Shown in pieces: positions 12,938 to 24,310 of a stretch of 64,000 nt of DNA. The first letter of the stretch is position 1; each line of letters begins with the position of its first letter. The position numbers were made by a program, and so were the translations under genes. The stretch lies in assembly GCA_030324005.1 (NCBI GenBank), contig JARDVH010000169.1, positions 13,298,574 through 13,362,573 on the forward strand. Reading direction: 5' to 3'. Origin of the DNA: Negaprion brevirostris. Taxonomy: Eukaryota. The notes beneath the pieces were generated by a model. That model did not search any database, was not told where the DNA came from, and saw only the letters and a list, made by a program, of their open reading frames with translations.

Positions 12938-13180
12938 TGGGAAAACAATGGCCTAGTGTTATTATCACTATACTATCACATCACTACTAGCCATCCAAAA
13001 AGGCAGGCACACAATCATCTTCTCCCAGAAACAGTGGGTGGGAAATGAGCGTAGGACTTGTCAGCCATCTTCGCATCCAATTGTGGGAAAAACCATCTGG
13101 TTCACTAATGTCCTTTAGAGAAAGAAATCTGACACCCTTACCTGGCTTGACCTATATGTGACTCCAGAGCCATAGCAACA
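12938..13180 (+). mobile_element. tRNA-derived SINE family C, partial
   Basis: CCATCTGGTTCACTAATGTCCTTTAG...GAAATCTG...GTGACTCCAGA core shared with the 27016 and 40712 copies. Confidence 0.7.
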
Positions 13181-13183
13181 TTT

Positions 13184-13474
13184 ATTTAAAGTTTACTTAT
13201 TGTCACAAGTAGGCTTACATTAACACTGCAATGAAGTTACTATGAAAAAACCCCAGTTGCCACACTCCGATGCCTGTTCGGGTACACTGAGGATGAATTT
13301 TGTATGGCCAATGCACCTAACCGACACATCTTTCAGCCTGTGGGAGGAAACCAGAGCACCCAGAGGAAACCTATGCAGACACGGGGAGAATGTGCAGACT
13401 CTGCACAGACAGTGAACCAAGCTGGGAATGGAACCCAGACCTTTGGCACTGTGAGCCACTAACCACTGTGCCCA
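13184..13474 (-). mobile_element. HE1-type SINE with alternative tail B
   Basis: HE1 head and V-domain; tail ...AACTTCATTGCAGTGTTAATGTAAGCCTACTTGTGACAATAA. Confidence 0.88.
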
Positions 13475-14599
13475 TAAGGGGATTACATATGAATAAAACG
13501 CCTCTCTCTGAAATCGTTTAATTTCTTTTTAAAAACCATGAACTAGAATGTCACGAAAGGGGGATGTTGTCAAGTTCCTTTTCATTTGCAAACTAATCAC
13601 AATATAGCTCATATTGATTCAAGTTTTGTGAAACAACAGCTTAATCTTAAATTCATAGGGGCTGATGACTATGCACTGGTATCAGTCAATTCTAAACGAT
13701 TTGCAGAGAGATCTGCAAATCTCACTAGATTGGTCATCTGCTAACAGCAAGCCAGTTTCCAAAATCAGGTGATGTACATAATGATTTGGAGCTCCAAAGT
13801 TCACAGCAGAACCGATGCAGAAAGGAGCTGAGTGTTGGTGCCCACACATTTGGTTTCAGCTGTACGCAACAGCAGGGATCATTAAGATATTTATTGCCTC
13901 GAAGGCTGCATGGATACTGATTTCTGCACAGTAATTGCGGCTGCTTTTTCAGCGCTCTCTTATTTTCTGCATCAGTGAACGAGGGTACGGTGGCCTGGAT
14001 TGGTCAAGGCTCTGTTTAATGCCAGTCATCTGTCAGCATGGAGGCCTCACAGGTTACTGCCTCGGGAATGTAACAAGACTGTGAAAACAATGTAATTAAT
14101 TTAATGGAAAACAGGCTTAAGCGTCTCTCCAACTATATGCAAAAATCTGTCCCATGCTAAGACTAGTTAAACGATTGTGTCCGGCTTCTATACTCATCAA
14201 GAGTTGTTGGATAATCGATGAATTCCCATGAAGCTATGGCAGGCTCCTATTTGCTCTGAGCCAAGACAATTCAGGACTTTCAAAATACTAATTACAATAA
14301 GTAGATGCTTGCTTGTGCAAGCTAAATACATGAAAGTGGAGAGGTAACATTTATGCAAACCAATAAGCTTCAGAAATGATGCTAATCAGCTTCAAAAGAT
14401 GACAATGCAACCTCCTCACCCCCCAATGCCAAAAGCTTGAGAAAATAATATATCAATGAGAAACCGTTCAAAATAAAAAAACATCTGAACACCAAATTCT
14501 TCTTGTTTATTGTTTTGTTGTGTGTTGGGATCACATACCACAATTCAGGTTATTTGTGAAAACTGAAACATTCACATGAAAATTTCTACAATCCGTAAC

Positions 14600-14845
14600 G
14601 AGGTAAATGACCAGACAATCTGATTGTTTTAATAAATTGAGGAATAAATATTGCCAGGACACTGGAAGACATCTCCAGCCCTGCTCTGAATACTGCCCAG
14701 TTACCCATTACGTCCACCTCAGACAACAAACAAGGCGTCAGCTTTACACCACAGTAACTCTGACACTCTGTCAGTACTCAAACCTCTGGTGCAGGGCATG
14801 AACCCTTGACCATCTGACTCAAGACAAGAGGGTTGCGACCAGAGT
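14600..14845 (-). mobile_element. Decayed DeuSINE (SacSINE1/AmnSINE-like)
   Basis: GAATAAATATTGCCAGGACAC...TTACGTCCACCT, the reverse of the Deu domain. Confidence 0.6.
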
Positions 14846-15699
14846 CTGGGAGAGGGTGTGCAGACAGTGTGAATCACCGACCTGAGCACAGTTCGCAGCT
14901 TTGTTACTGGCTTCACAGTCCCTCTTGCAGACAGCAGACAGTCATTATCCACAGACAGCACTGAACACCCTGACTCTGAAACCTGGCTGTTGTTCTCCCT
15001 GATTCAATGGAACTCCTGGATATGGCTTCCTAACAGGCCACATCCAATGGAGATCTAACAGGCACACCAGTGACAGTGCACCTTCCTCTCCTTGGCCTTG
15101 CTTAGGATTCCTGATTCCCTTGCCCCTTCTGAATGCTCAAACATGGTTGCAACTCCCTGCAGCAATGGCCACATAGTGTCACTGATGGTTTTTACTCTGC
15201 TCCTTCAGGGTATGAACACAGGTTTTCTTGTTCCATGGAGTCAGTCATGATCTTAATAAGAGTTGGCGGTGTATCTCCATTCTGTTTGAATGTTTCTCAT
15301 CCACGAGTTCATGAGCATGAGCAGTTTAGCTTTCATTGTCACACTGTGTTGTTGCCTGTACCCTTGTGCGTCACTGAGGTGTGCTCTGAGTTGGTGGTCG
15401 CTATTCTCCTCCTTCTGTATTGCCTTACTGTTGCTGTGTGCTTCTGGTGGAAACTGCAGTTTACTTGCCACGATGTTCCCAGGTTGTGTCACAGCAGCCA
15501 TTGGAGCTCATTGTTCTGTTGCATGTCTTCCACTTAAAGAATGGTGCCATATGTCTGAATGTTTGGCTGGACTGACCAAAGAGGAGTTTCTGCCCTCTGC
15601 AAGGGAGTTGAACAAACCAACTCTGCAAAGAAAGAAGACAAGAGTTGGAGTCCCAGTCAAAATATTCTTCTCTGGTAGACCTCTTGGGAACTTGAAGTC

Positions 15700-16101
15700 C
15701 TCTGTAGTTGATGACAAAGGTTGTTTTGGCGTCCTGCTATTTTGAGAAGGTTAAGGGTAACAAGGCATCCCTACTAGAGAGAGCAAAAGATTGGCTTTGG
15801 ACAACATATAAGATTTTGAATATTTGCTTGCTGCCTCCCCAGAATAGATCTAGGATCATGCCTATATCTGAACATCAGATTCCTGCAGAGCCTTAAGAGC
15901 AGTGCGTCCATCGTTTATAGGAAAAGGTTTTTGCAGCCGTGGTTTCTTATTCGAGAGGATCAATACACTGGCTCTGGTGCCTAATTTGATATTAGTGATC
16001 TGACAATTTCTAGAGAAGTCAACTTTCACCAAGTAGAATCTAGGATCCTTGATCTCACCCGATAAGCACTGTTGGACTTCTTCCTAGTCTGGTTTCAATC
16101 T
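15700..16101 (-). pseudogene. Gypsy LTR retrotransposon protease remnant (continuation of the gag at 19452-20208)
   Basis: Minus-strand ITNIKLGTRASVLILSNKKPRL, a decayed FKLDTGASV aspartic protease motif. Confidence 0.65.
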
Positions 16102-16102
16102 T

Positions 16103-16294
16103 AAAAACATAGAAACAAGGAGGAGTAGGCCATTCAGCCCTTCAAGCCTACTCGGCCATTCATTTTGATCACGGTTTTTCATCAAATTCAATATCCTGAT
16201 CCCCCTTCCCCCCCAATCCTTTGATCCCTTTCACCCCAAGAGCTATATCTAATTTCTTCTTGAAATCAAACAATGTTTTGGCCTCAACTACTTT
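16103..16294 (-). mobile_element. CR1 LINE 3' end, running into a gap
   Basis: KVVEAKTLFDFKKKLDIALG on the minus strand plus CR1 tail. Confidence 0.85.
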
Positions 16295-16694
16295 NNNNNN
16301 NNNNNNNNNNNNNNNNNNNNNNNNNNNNNNNNNNNNNNNNNNNNNNNNNNNNNNNNNNNNNNNNNNNNNNNNNNNNNNNNNNNNNNNNNNNNNNCAAACT
16401 GACACATAAGGAGGTAATAATAATAAATAATAATTAATAATAAGCCATTACAGAGTGACAGTAAAATATTAGAATGGGAATTACAGAGCTTTGATCCTAG
16501 AAAGCAGGAGGCATGGTCACAATTATTGGGGAAAAGGAAATCAGGAATAAATCCTTTGGGAAAGGTTCCCTGACATATTGTGAAATGTAAGTTATAGAAT
16601 GCTATATGGCCTCCAAAGCAGTGTGATATTAGCTTCACTACATTTTTTGCACAGTAATTTTTAGCTCTCTCAATCTCTTCCAATTATTATATTC

Positions 16695-16886
16695 ATGGAA
16701 TCATTGAATCCGTACAATGCAGAAGGAGGCCATTCAGCCCATCAAGTCTGCACCAACTCTCTGGCAGGGCATTTTACCCAGGCCCAATCCATCCCCATAT
16801 CCCTGCTAATCCCTCTAATTTACACACCTTTGGACACTCAGAATCAATTTAGCATGACCAACCCACCTAACTTGGACATCTTTGGA
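16695..16886 (-). mobile_element. HE1 SINE 3' fragment (tail A)
   Basis: ACAATGCAGAAGGAGGCCATTCAGCCCATC...ACATCTTTGGAC. Confidence 0.75.
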
Positions 16887-16904
16887 CATTACTGCGACTT
16901 CCAT

Positions 16905-19451
16905 GTCTGATCATCAAATTCAATATCCTGGTCCTGCCTTGTCCCCATATCCTTTGTTCCCTTTAGCCCCATGGGCAGTACAGTGGCACAGTGGTTAGCA
17001 CTGCTACCTCACAGCACTGGACACATGTGTTCAATTCCTGACTTGGGAATGTTCATAACTTTCTGGCCACAGATTTTAATTAGGCAAGGGTATTAACAGT
17101 TACATAAACAAGGTGGCGTAAAACTTACTTTCATTGTGGGGCATGGTGGCACATGGTTAGCACTGCTGCCTCACAATGCCAGGGACCTGGGTTCAGTTCC
17201 TAGCTTGGGTCACTGCCTGTATGGAGTCTGCACGTTCTCCCTGTGGCTGCATGGGCTTTCTCCGGGTGCTCCAGTTTCCTCCCACGGTCCAAAAGACATA
17301 TTGATTGGGTGCATTGGCATGGCAAATTCTCCCTCAGTGTACCCAAACAGGCACCGCAGTTTGGCAACTAGGGGATTTTAACAGTAACTTCACTGCAGTG
17401 TTAATGTAGGACTAGATGTGACACTAATAAATAAACTTAAACTAGAACTGTATCTAATTTCTTCTTGAAATCAAACAATGTTTTGGCCTCAACTACTTTC
17501 TGTGGTAGTGAATTCCACACATTCACCACTCTCCGGGTGAAGAGGTTTCTCCTCACCTCAGTTCTAAAAGGTTTACCCCCTATCCTCAAACTATGGCCCC
17601 AAGTTCTGGACTCCTCCAACATTGGGAACATTCTATCTGAATCTACCTTGCCCAACCCTGTAAGAGTTTTATAAATTTCTATGAGATCTTCTCTTACTCT
17701 TCTAAACTCTAGTGAATATAATCCTAACTCTCCTCATATGACAGACTTGCCATCCCAAGAATCAGCAAGGTAAACCTTTGCTGTATTCCCTCTACAGCAA
17801 GGGCATCCTTCCTCAGATAAGGACACCAAAACTGCACATAATACTCAGGTGTGGCCTCACCAACACCCTATACAATTACAGCAAAACAACTTTATCCCTA
17901 TACTCAAATCCTCTTGCTATGAAAGGTCAACATACCATTTGCCTTTTTTACTGCCTGCTGTACCTATGTGCTTACTTTCAGCAACTGTTGTATGAAGACT
18001 CCCAACATCTCATTGAGTATCCACCCCTCTCAGTTTACACACATTCAAGTAATAATGTCTTCCTATTATTCTACCAAGGTGGATAGCCTCACATTTATCC
18101 ACATTATACTGCATGTGCTACACACACACCCACACCCTCAACCTGTCCAAATCATGCTGAAGTATCTCCGCACCCTCCCACTCAACTTTGTCTCATCTGC
18201 AAATCTAGCAGCAATACATTCAGTTCCTTCTTCCAAATCATTAATATATAACGTAAACAGTTATCAGGAGATTATCTGGACCTGGAGATTTATCCCCCTT
18301 CAATCCCATCAATTTCCCCAAAACCATTTATCTACGAATGTTGATTTCCTTCAGCTCCTCACTAAAATGTGTTTCTCTCGGCACTTCTGATACTTTGCTT
18401 CAGTCTTCACAAAGGAATTTAATTCCTTAGCCATTTCTTGATTCCTGTTGTAAATTGTCTTGTTTCTAACTGTAAGGGTAAAAACATTTGTTTTTGTCAA
18501 TTTTTTTCTCTTTACATACGTATAGAAACTTTTACAGTCAGTTTTTATGTTCCCTGCCAGCTTACTTTCATACTCTATTTTTCCCTTCTTAATCAATCCC
18601 TTGGTCCTCCTTTGCTGAATTTTAAACTGCTCCTAACACTCAGCCCTATTGCTTTTTCTTGCCAATTTGTATGCTTCTTCCTTGAATCCGATATTATCTC
18701 TAATTTCCTTTGTAAGCCATGGTTTGGCCACAATTTCCTTACCTTTCCTGCACCAAACAGGAAAACTGAACAACTTCTGGTGTTCACCTATTCGTTCTTT
18801 AAATGCTTACCCTTGCCTATCCACTGTCTTTCCTTTCAATAATGTTTCTCAATCCATCATGGTTAATTCATGCTTCTTATCAGTATAGTTACCTTGATTG
18901 AGATTCAGGACCCTAGTCTCAGAATCAACTACATCACTGTCCACCTTGACAAAGGATTCTACCACATTATGGTCAGTCATCCCCAAGGGTTCTCTCAGCT
19001 AAACTGCTAACAAATTCTTTCTCATTTTACAACACCAAGTCCAAGATGGCCTGCTCCCTCAATGGTTCCTCAACGTATTGCTCTAGAAAACCATCCCATG
19101 TGCACTCCAGAAATACCTCCTCCATGGTACTGTAACTAATTTGATTCTCTCAATCTATATGCAGATTAAAGCCACCCATAATCACACACGTTCCTTTAGC
19201 ACTTGCATTTCTAATTCCTGGTCTAATGCTTTTCCCAACATTACCACTATAGTTTGATAGTCTGTATATCATCCCCCATCAATGTTTTTTGCCCCTTGTT
19301 GTTTCTTAACTCCACCCATACAGATTCCACATCATCTTTGCCAATATCGTTCCTCAATATCATATCAATTGTCATCTTTAATCAACAATGCAATTGCACC
19401 ACATTTTCCATTCTGCCCATCCTTCCTAAACACCGAATTGCCCTCAATGTT
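16905..19451 (-). mobile_element. Long CR1 LINE remnant (ORF2 with internal deletions), interrupted by SINEs at 16972-17441
   Basis: ORF2 peptides TWGHSLRIGGKPFRTEVRRNLFTRRVVNVWNSLPQ, KIEYESKLAGNIKTDCKSFYTYVKRK and NIEGNSVFRKDGQNGKCGAIALLIKD (endonuclease region). Confidence 0.92.
17138..17441 (+). mobile_element. HE1-type SINE with tail B (a head-only copy lies at about 16972-17048)
   Basis: Head and V-domain; tail CTTCACTGCAGTGTTAATGTAGGACTAGATGTGACACTAATAAATAAACT. Confidence 0.88.
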
Positions 19452-20208
19452 TACTTCTTGTGGTCGAGTTTTGGGATTGTCTTCACATCTGAATGTCTTA
19501 GACTTACACAGCTTTCCAAGTATACCGGTAAGTTGAAGTTGAAACATTGCGCAGAGATTGTGTACATTGCTCTCACTTATGAGGTCGTTTGACTCCACAG
19601 CATTGACTTGATCTCCCACCATCTTGTGGTCTGTTTGGCTATTGTCTTCTTTAGCTTGGAGTCTCTCTACCCTTTTGTTGCATTATGAACCAGATTGCTA
19701 GGGTTGCTTTATGCCATGGTTTAACTTCGCCACGAAAAACACACCAGCTTTATTGATGAACTTCAGATTGCCAAACTACTTAGATGGCCTTTTCTAGAAT
19801 CAAATCTTCTTTTGCTAGTTGTAACTCCGAAGGGCATCATCAGCCACTCCTACTACTATTCAGTTTTGTACAAGTTCTGACTTAAGGTCTCAGTAGTCAC
19901 AACCTGCATATTTGGCTTACGAAAAAGAGTCAATGGGTCCTCCAAGCTGCTGGACTCACTTATTGAACCTTACTCACTTTAAAATGTTATTATTTCTTAA
20001 ATTAAAGTAGGTATCAAAGAATTTCACAACACCTTTAAACTTCTTGCTTCACAATCATGTTATTGGCTACAGTACCATATTCATTTATCTTACCTAATCC
20101 TGAATCTACCATGTATCTTGAAAATATTTTTTGCCAAAATCCCCAATCCTGCACTAGCCTGACCTTGTATCAGCCCAAACTGATCTGATAAGGTGATTAA
20201 TTATCCAT
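19452..20208 (-). pseudogene. Gypsy LTR retrotransposon gag remnant
   Basis: Minus strand: ATG at 20208, QDWGFWQKIFSRY, FFDTYFNLRNNNILK*VRFNK*VQQ, DLKSELVQN*IVVGVADDAL (RDRIVVG motif), and a frameshifted CCHC knuckle ending GKLCKSK. Confidence 0.8.
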
Positions 20209-20462
20209 GGTTGCTTTTCAGCTCAGGGGAGTACAGCTTTAAATGCTGCTTCACTTTTAAAGGTGGTGCTCTAGTAAGCTTTTTGTCAATGCTTTTTCCC
20301 ACTTGTCGAGTTTTGACAGGCTTCATGGGCCCAACCTGAAAAGGGATTGATTTCACACAGTAAATTTTTTAATCAAAGATTTGAACCCTTTTGAATGTTT
20401 TCAGACTATGTTAGGGTGATTAAAAGGTGATTCCCAGCTTTGGTTAAGTTTTTTAAAACGTT

Positions 20463-20598
20463 GATTGGAATTCTCCGGCCGTTCATGCTCGGCCGCCGCT
20501 GCAAGCGAGGACAGAGAATTTGGCGCTCAGCCAAATCTCCGTTCACTGCAGTAGGACCGAAGAATCCCGCTGGCGTGAATGACCAGAGAATTCCGCCC
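20463..20598. mobile_element. 136-bp hairpin MITE
   Basis: TIR GGAATTCTC / GAGAATTCC; central GAGAATTTGGC-GCTCA-GCCAAATCTC hairpin; three more copies in the window. Confidence 0.85.
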
Positions 20599-20987
20599 AT
20601 CGCCTTTTCCTTTCTCTGTAGAGCTTGGCCATTGAGCGGTACAGCACCAAATCTGAACCCTGACTGGCTGTGGTGATTAACAAAATGGAAAACTCTGATT
20701 GTTTAATGGCCTGAAGACATTTAAAGGCTAATTCAGTCTGAGAAATGAATTTTCACTCACCTTTACTAGATAGTGACTACCATCTGCCACGTGCTCTGGT
20801 GCTGTCTAGTAGCTGTGGTGGAGTTTTCTTCTGCTCTGGCCTCTAGATCTATACTGGAGCTTCTATTTAGACAATCCCCAGCTATATCTTCAGATCAGGT
20901 GCACTGGTCAGGTCAGGATGCTGCTTCTTTCGTTTTTCAGATTCCGAGGCCTTTCACCAGCTTCTTCTGTTCAGGGTTTGATTATGA

Positions 20988-21158
20988 GCTGTCACCATGT
21001 TGTAAGCATTTGTTCAACAGGTCTCACAAAGAGGTTCAGAGGCTTGTACAGTTGCATAGTCATGTTAATAGGTAACACATAACTATATCCATATGTACAA
21101 AGTTTAGCCCAAACTAGGAGCTAACTTCATGTTGACTTCTTTTAACTCTCTCCAGACA
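20988..21158 (-). mobile_element. Gypsy 5' LTR and primer-binding site
   Basis: Minus strand ...TACAACA|TGGTGACAGC (LTR end at 20998 followed by a TGG-starting PBS), upstream of gag; the far LTR boundary is uncertain. Confidence 0.6.
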
Positions 21159-21299
21159 AGTGTTCCTGGTCCTCTCTGCATCATATTGTGGGTGGTACAG
21201 TTCTCCTGTCCCATATCAACCCTTGCTAAGCTGAATACCTTCACACATTTGTGAATTGGTTGGTGATATTTTACTAAAAGATTTTGCTATTTTTACATT

Positions 21300-21583
21300 T
21301 AGGATTGCACAGTGGTTAGCACTGCTGCCTCACAGCGCCAGAGACCTGGGTTGGATTCCTGACTGGGGTCACTGTCTGTGTGGGCTCTACACGTTCTTCC
21401 CGTGTCTGGCAGGGTTTCTTCCAGGTGCTCTGGTTTCCTCTCACTGTCCGAAAGACATGCTGGTTAGGTGAATTAGCGATGCTAAATTCTCCCTCAGTGA
21501 GCCAAAACAGGTGCCGGAGTGTGGCGACTGGGGTATTTTCACAGTAACTTCATTGCAGCCTATTTGTGACACAAATAAATAAC
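21300..21583 (+). mobile_element. HE1-type SINE with tail B
   Basis: Head and V-domain; tail ...CAGTAACTTCATTGCAGCCTATTTGTGACACAAATAAATAA. Confidence 0.88.
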
Positions 21584-21860
21584 CGTTCTTAAACTGGAAG
21601 TGAAACCAGGAGTCATGTGCTAATAAAATATGTCACTGTTTGTTCAAAATATTTTCATTTGCACATGGGATTGACTTTTGTACACTACTTGAGATCCGCG
21701 TCTTTTGCTGTTGGACACTGCATAGCGCCAGGTTCAAAGAAGAAGAGCTGTTGCATAATATGAACATCCAAGTTGTATGTAATGGTCCGACAAAGTAGTG
21801 GTTGTAAAGTATACTATACTGAAGCCGATGCTTTTAATGGGCTTTATAAATAGAGGCATT

Positions 21861-22330
21861 GGCCGCGATTTAGCAGCTGTGTCAGCCATGGGCGCAAATC
21901 CCAGAATAGCCATTAAATCTCACGAGAGGTCAAAAATGGGATTCATATTAACTGGATTTCAGTTCAGGATCTTATCTGCCCTCCTCTGCTGACACGATCA
22001 GGTTCACATCCAGGAAGGGTCCGAGCCTGATTAGCATATACTATAATGTAATTAGTTGACGTGACACCGCTGCTTCCACCCTCAGCGTATCTTCCCAGCC
22101 AGCCTGGTATCATGCTGGCATGAATTCTGTGTGCGTGCATGTGGGCCCCCCACCCCCTGCTTGTGGTGTGGGGGGGTATGCACCTCAATGCTTGTGACAA
22201 TTTTTGAAACACCAAGACATGATTTCTCTCCCTGGCCATGGCTACAACTGAGTAAGGCTAGTGCCACATGTTTAACCTCTACATTTTATTAACTCACGCA
22301 GAGTTGCTGTTTTAAAAATCAATGCAGGAA
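21861..22330. mobile_element. MITE-like DNA transposon fragment
   Basis: Starts GGCCGCGATTT like the 6722 element; GC-rich interior; right terminus not clear. Confidence 0.45.
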
Positions 22331-22659
22331 GTAATCAGAATTCTAATGTGGTCCAAACTAGGCCAGAATCAGATGTCCACACTTGATGTGACAAACAGCT
22401 GCCTATTATTTAATGAGTCCACTGTACATAAAGGACAATTTCTTTCTTCTCATCATATGTGTCCTTTGAATTTATCCCCTAAACTTTCAGCATTACTTAT
22501 GCTACAATGGGAAGCTGCAACATTAACTTTGCCTGCGTGTTAGAGGCTCCACTAAGAGAGCAATTCCTACATTCACACTGGGTAATCCGCCATCCAACAA
22601 ACTTATACCTTGCATCCTCGACAGACCAGATAAAAAAGCTCTATATCAAGCTTATCCAC

Positions 22660-22900
22660 TAAAGATTATCTGCCACATAAAGGCTCATTAGTCTAATTTG
22701 TCTAAATCAGCCAGTAACCTATATATTTGCTCCAAATTCCTTACTCCTGTGCATATTTTTGTATGATCCACTAATGTGTGGCTGGTTCCATTAATACTTT
22801 GACCCAAATCATTACTGATAATGATGAACCTCAATGGTCCCAAGAGAAAAGGCTGCAAAACATCAGTCATAGCCTGGCCACGTGCGTACATTGAAACAAC
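22660..22900 (-). mobile_element. Ancient CR1-like RT fragment
   Basis: LGPLRFIIISNDL...LVDHTKI...LLADLDKL (LGPLLFLIYINDL/FADDTK/LQxDLD motifs). Confidence 0.75.
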
Positions 22901-23397
22901 AACCTATATCTGAGCTTGAAACTAGTTTCCTGCTGGATATCGTATAAAACTGTAAATCCCAGATGTACAGATTTCTTTCAAGCCAAAGTTGGCAGTGTAC
23001 CACTCCTCTGGCTGGTAGCTCAGGTCGCACAGATACCCATCTGAATCTCCAGTGGATTCAGATTTTTTTTGGGTGGGATAAAGTGCAGGTGTTTTGATAG
23101 GGCCATGACCAATCTTCTATGAACTCCCAGGACTTTTTCCGAGAATAATCCAAAGGACACTGTTGTTGACAACCCAGGATAAGAAAATCCTAGGGAATGA
23201 CATTCATGACTTTGGTTAATGATGTTTGTGTGTTCTGGGAGAGGCCTGGTTGGAAGGATTGAAACATCAAGTTGTTGAATAAGGATCTGACAGATGACAA
23301 CAAATACTGCTATATCCGTATTGTGATTGGTACATTCATCTTATTTGCAATTTCAGTTTGATCTATTGCACTAAAGACATATTTCCAACTCCATTTT

Positions 23398-23522
23398 GGG
23401 GAGGTGGTGGTGGTGTAGTGGTAATAATCCAGAGGCTAATAATCCGGAGGCCCAGACTAATATTCTGGGGACATGGGTTCAAAAGCTGGTTTTGCCAACG
23501 ATGCCCACATCCCATGAAAAAC
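23398..23522 (+). mobile_element. SINE family C, head fused directly to tail
   Basis: GGTGTAGTGGTAAT...CATGGGTTCAAA joined to GCTGGTTTTGCCAACGATGCCCACATCCCATGAA. Confidence 0.7.
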
Positions 23523-23799
23523 CATCCCGCTTTTAGCTGCTATTTCTTGTTGCAGTGATGGAAGTGGGCAGAAAGCAGAGTTCCTTATGGCTCTTTAGAT
23601 GAGAAAGGACAGTTCTAGGCTGTAATTCCCTCACATATGTGCACACCTGTCCTGATCTGAGGTGTGTTTATCGACTCTGTCTCTGTTGGATATGTCAGAA
23701 CTAACCTGTTGGTCATTGTCACACAGCCAAGCCATCACCAGACCAGTTAAAAGCACAAAATCCACCTAAATATTTATTTCAGTTTTGTCAATGGTGATG

Positions 23800-24310
23800 G
23801 CAAGAACACTTCTTCACATAAAAAGGTAGTGGAAATCTAAAACCCTTTCCTGAAAAAAAGTTATTGACACGACTTTGATTAAAAATATCAAAATGGAGAT
23901 GGACATACTTTTATTGGCCAATGTATTCTGTCTTAAAAAAGTCTGATGGGTTATCTAATTAGGATCTTTAAAATTATGAAAAGTTTTGGTAGTGGATACA
24001 GTTCTTCTTCTGGGAAATACCCTAACCAGAGGCCATCAATATAGAATAGTCACCAAGAAACGCTGTGGGGAATTCAGAAGAAATTTCTTCACCCAAAGAG
24101 TGATAAGAATGTGGAACTTGTGACCACAAGGAGTGGTTGAGTATCATAGGTGCATTCAAGGAAAATTAGTCACATATTTGAGCGTGAATGAAAATAGATG
24201 GTGACGCTGGAAGATTTAGGAGGAGGAAGCCCGAGTGGAACATAAATGCCAGCATACTCTGGATGAACAGGATGGTTTTTTTTTTGCTGCATATCCAATG
24301 TGATTTCATG
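23800..24310 (+). mobile_element. Two tandem CR1 3' fragments
   Basis: AGAAATTTCTTCACCCAAAGAGTGATAAGAATGTGGAAC (RNFFTQRVxRMWN). Confidence 0.75.

Noticed and set aside
15133-15745. Cys-rich 134-aa and 151-aa plus-strand ORFs
   Set aside because: They adjoin the decayed minus-strand retroelement; no splice or domain support.
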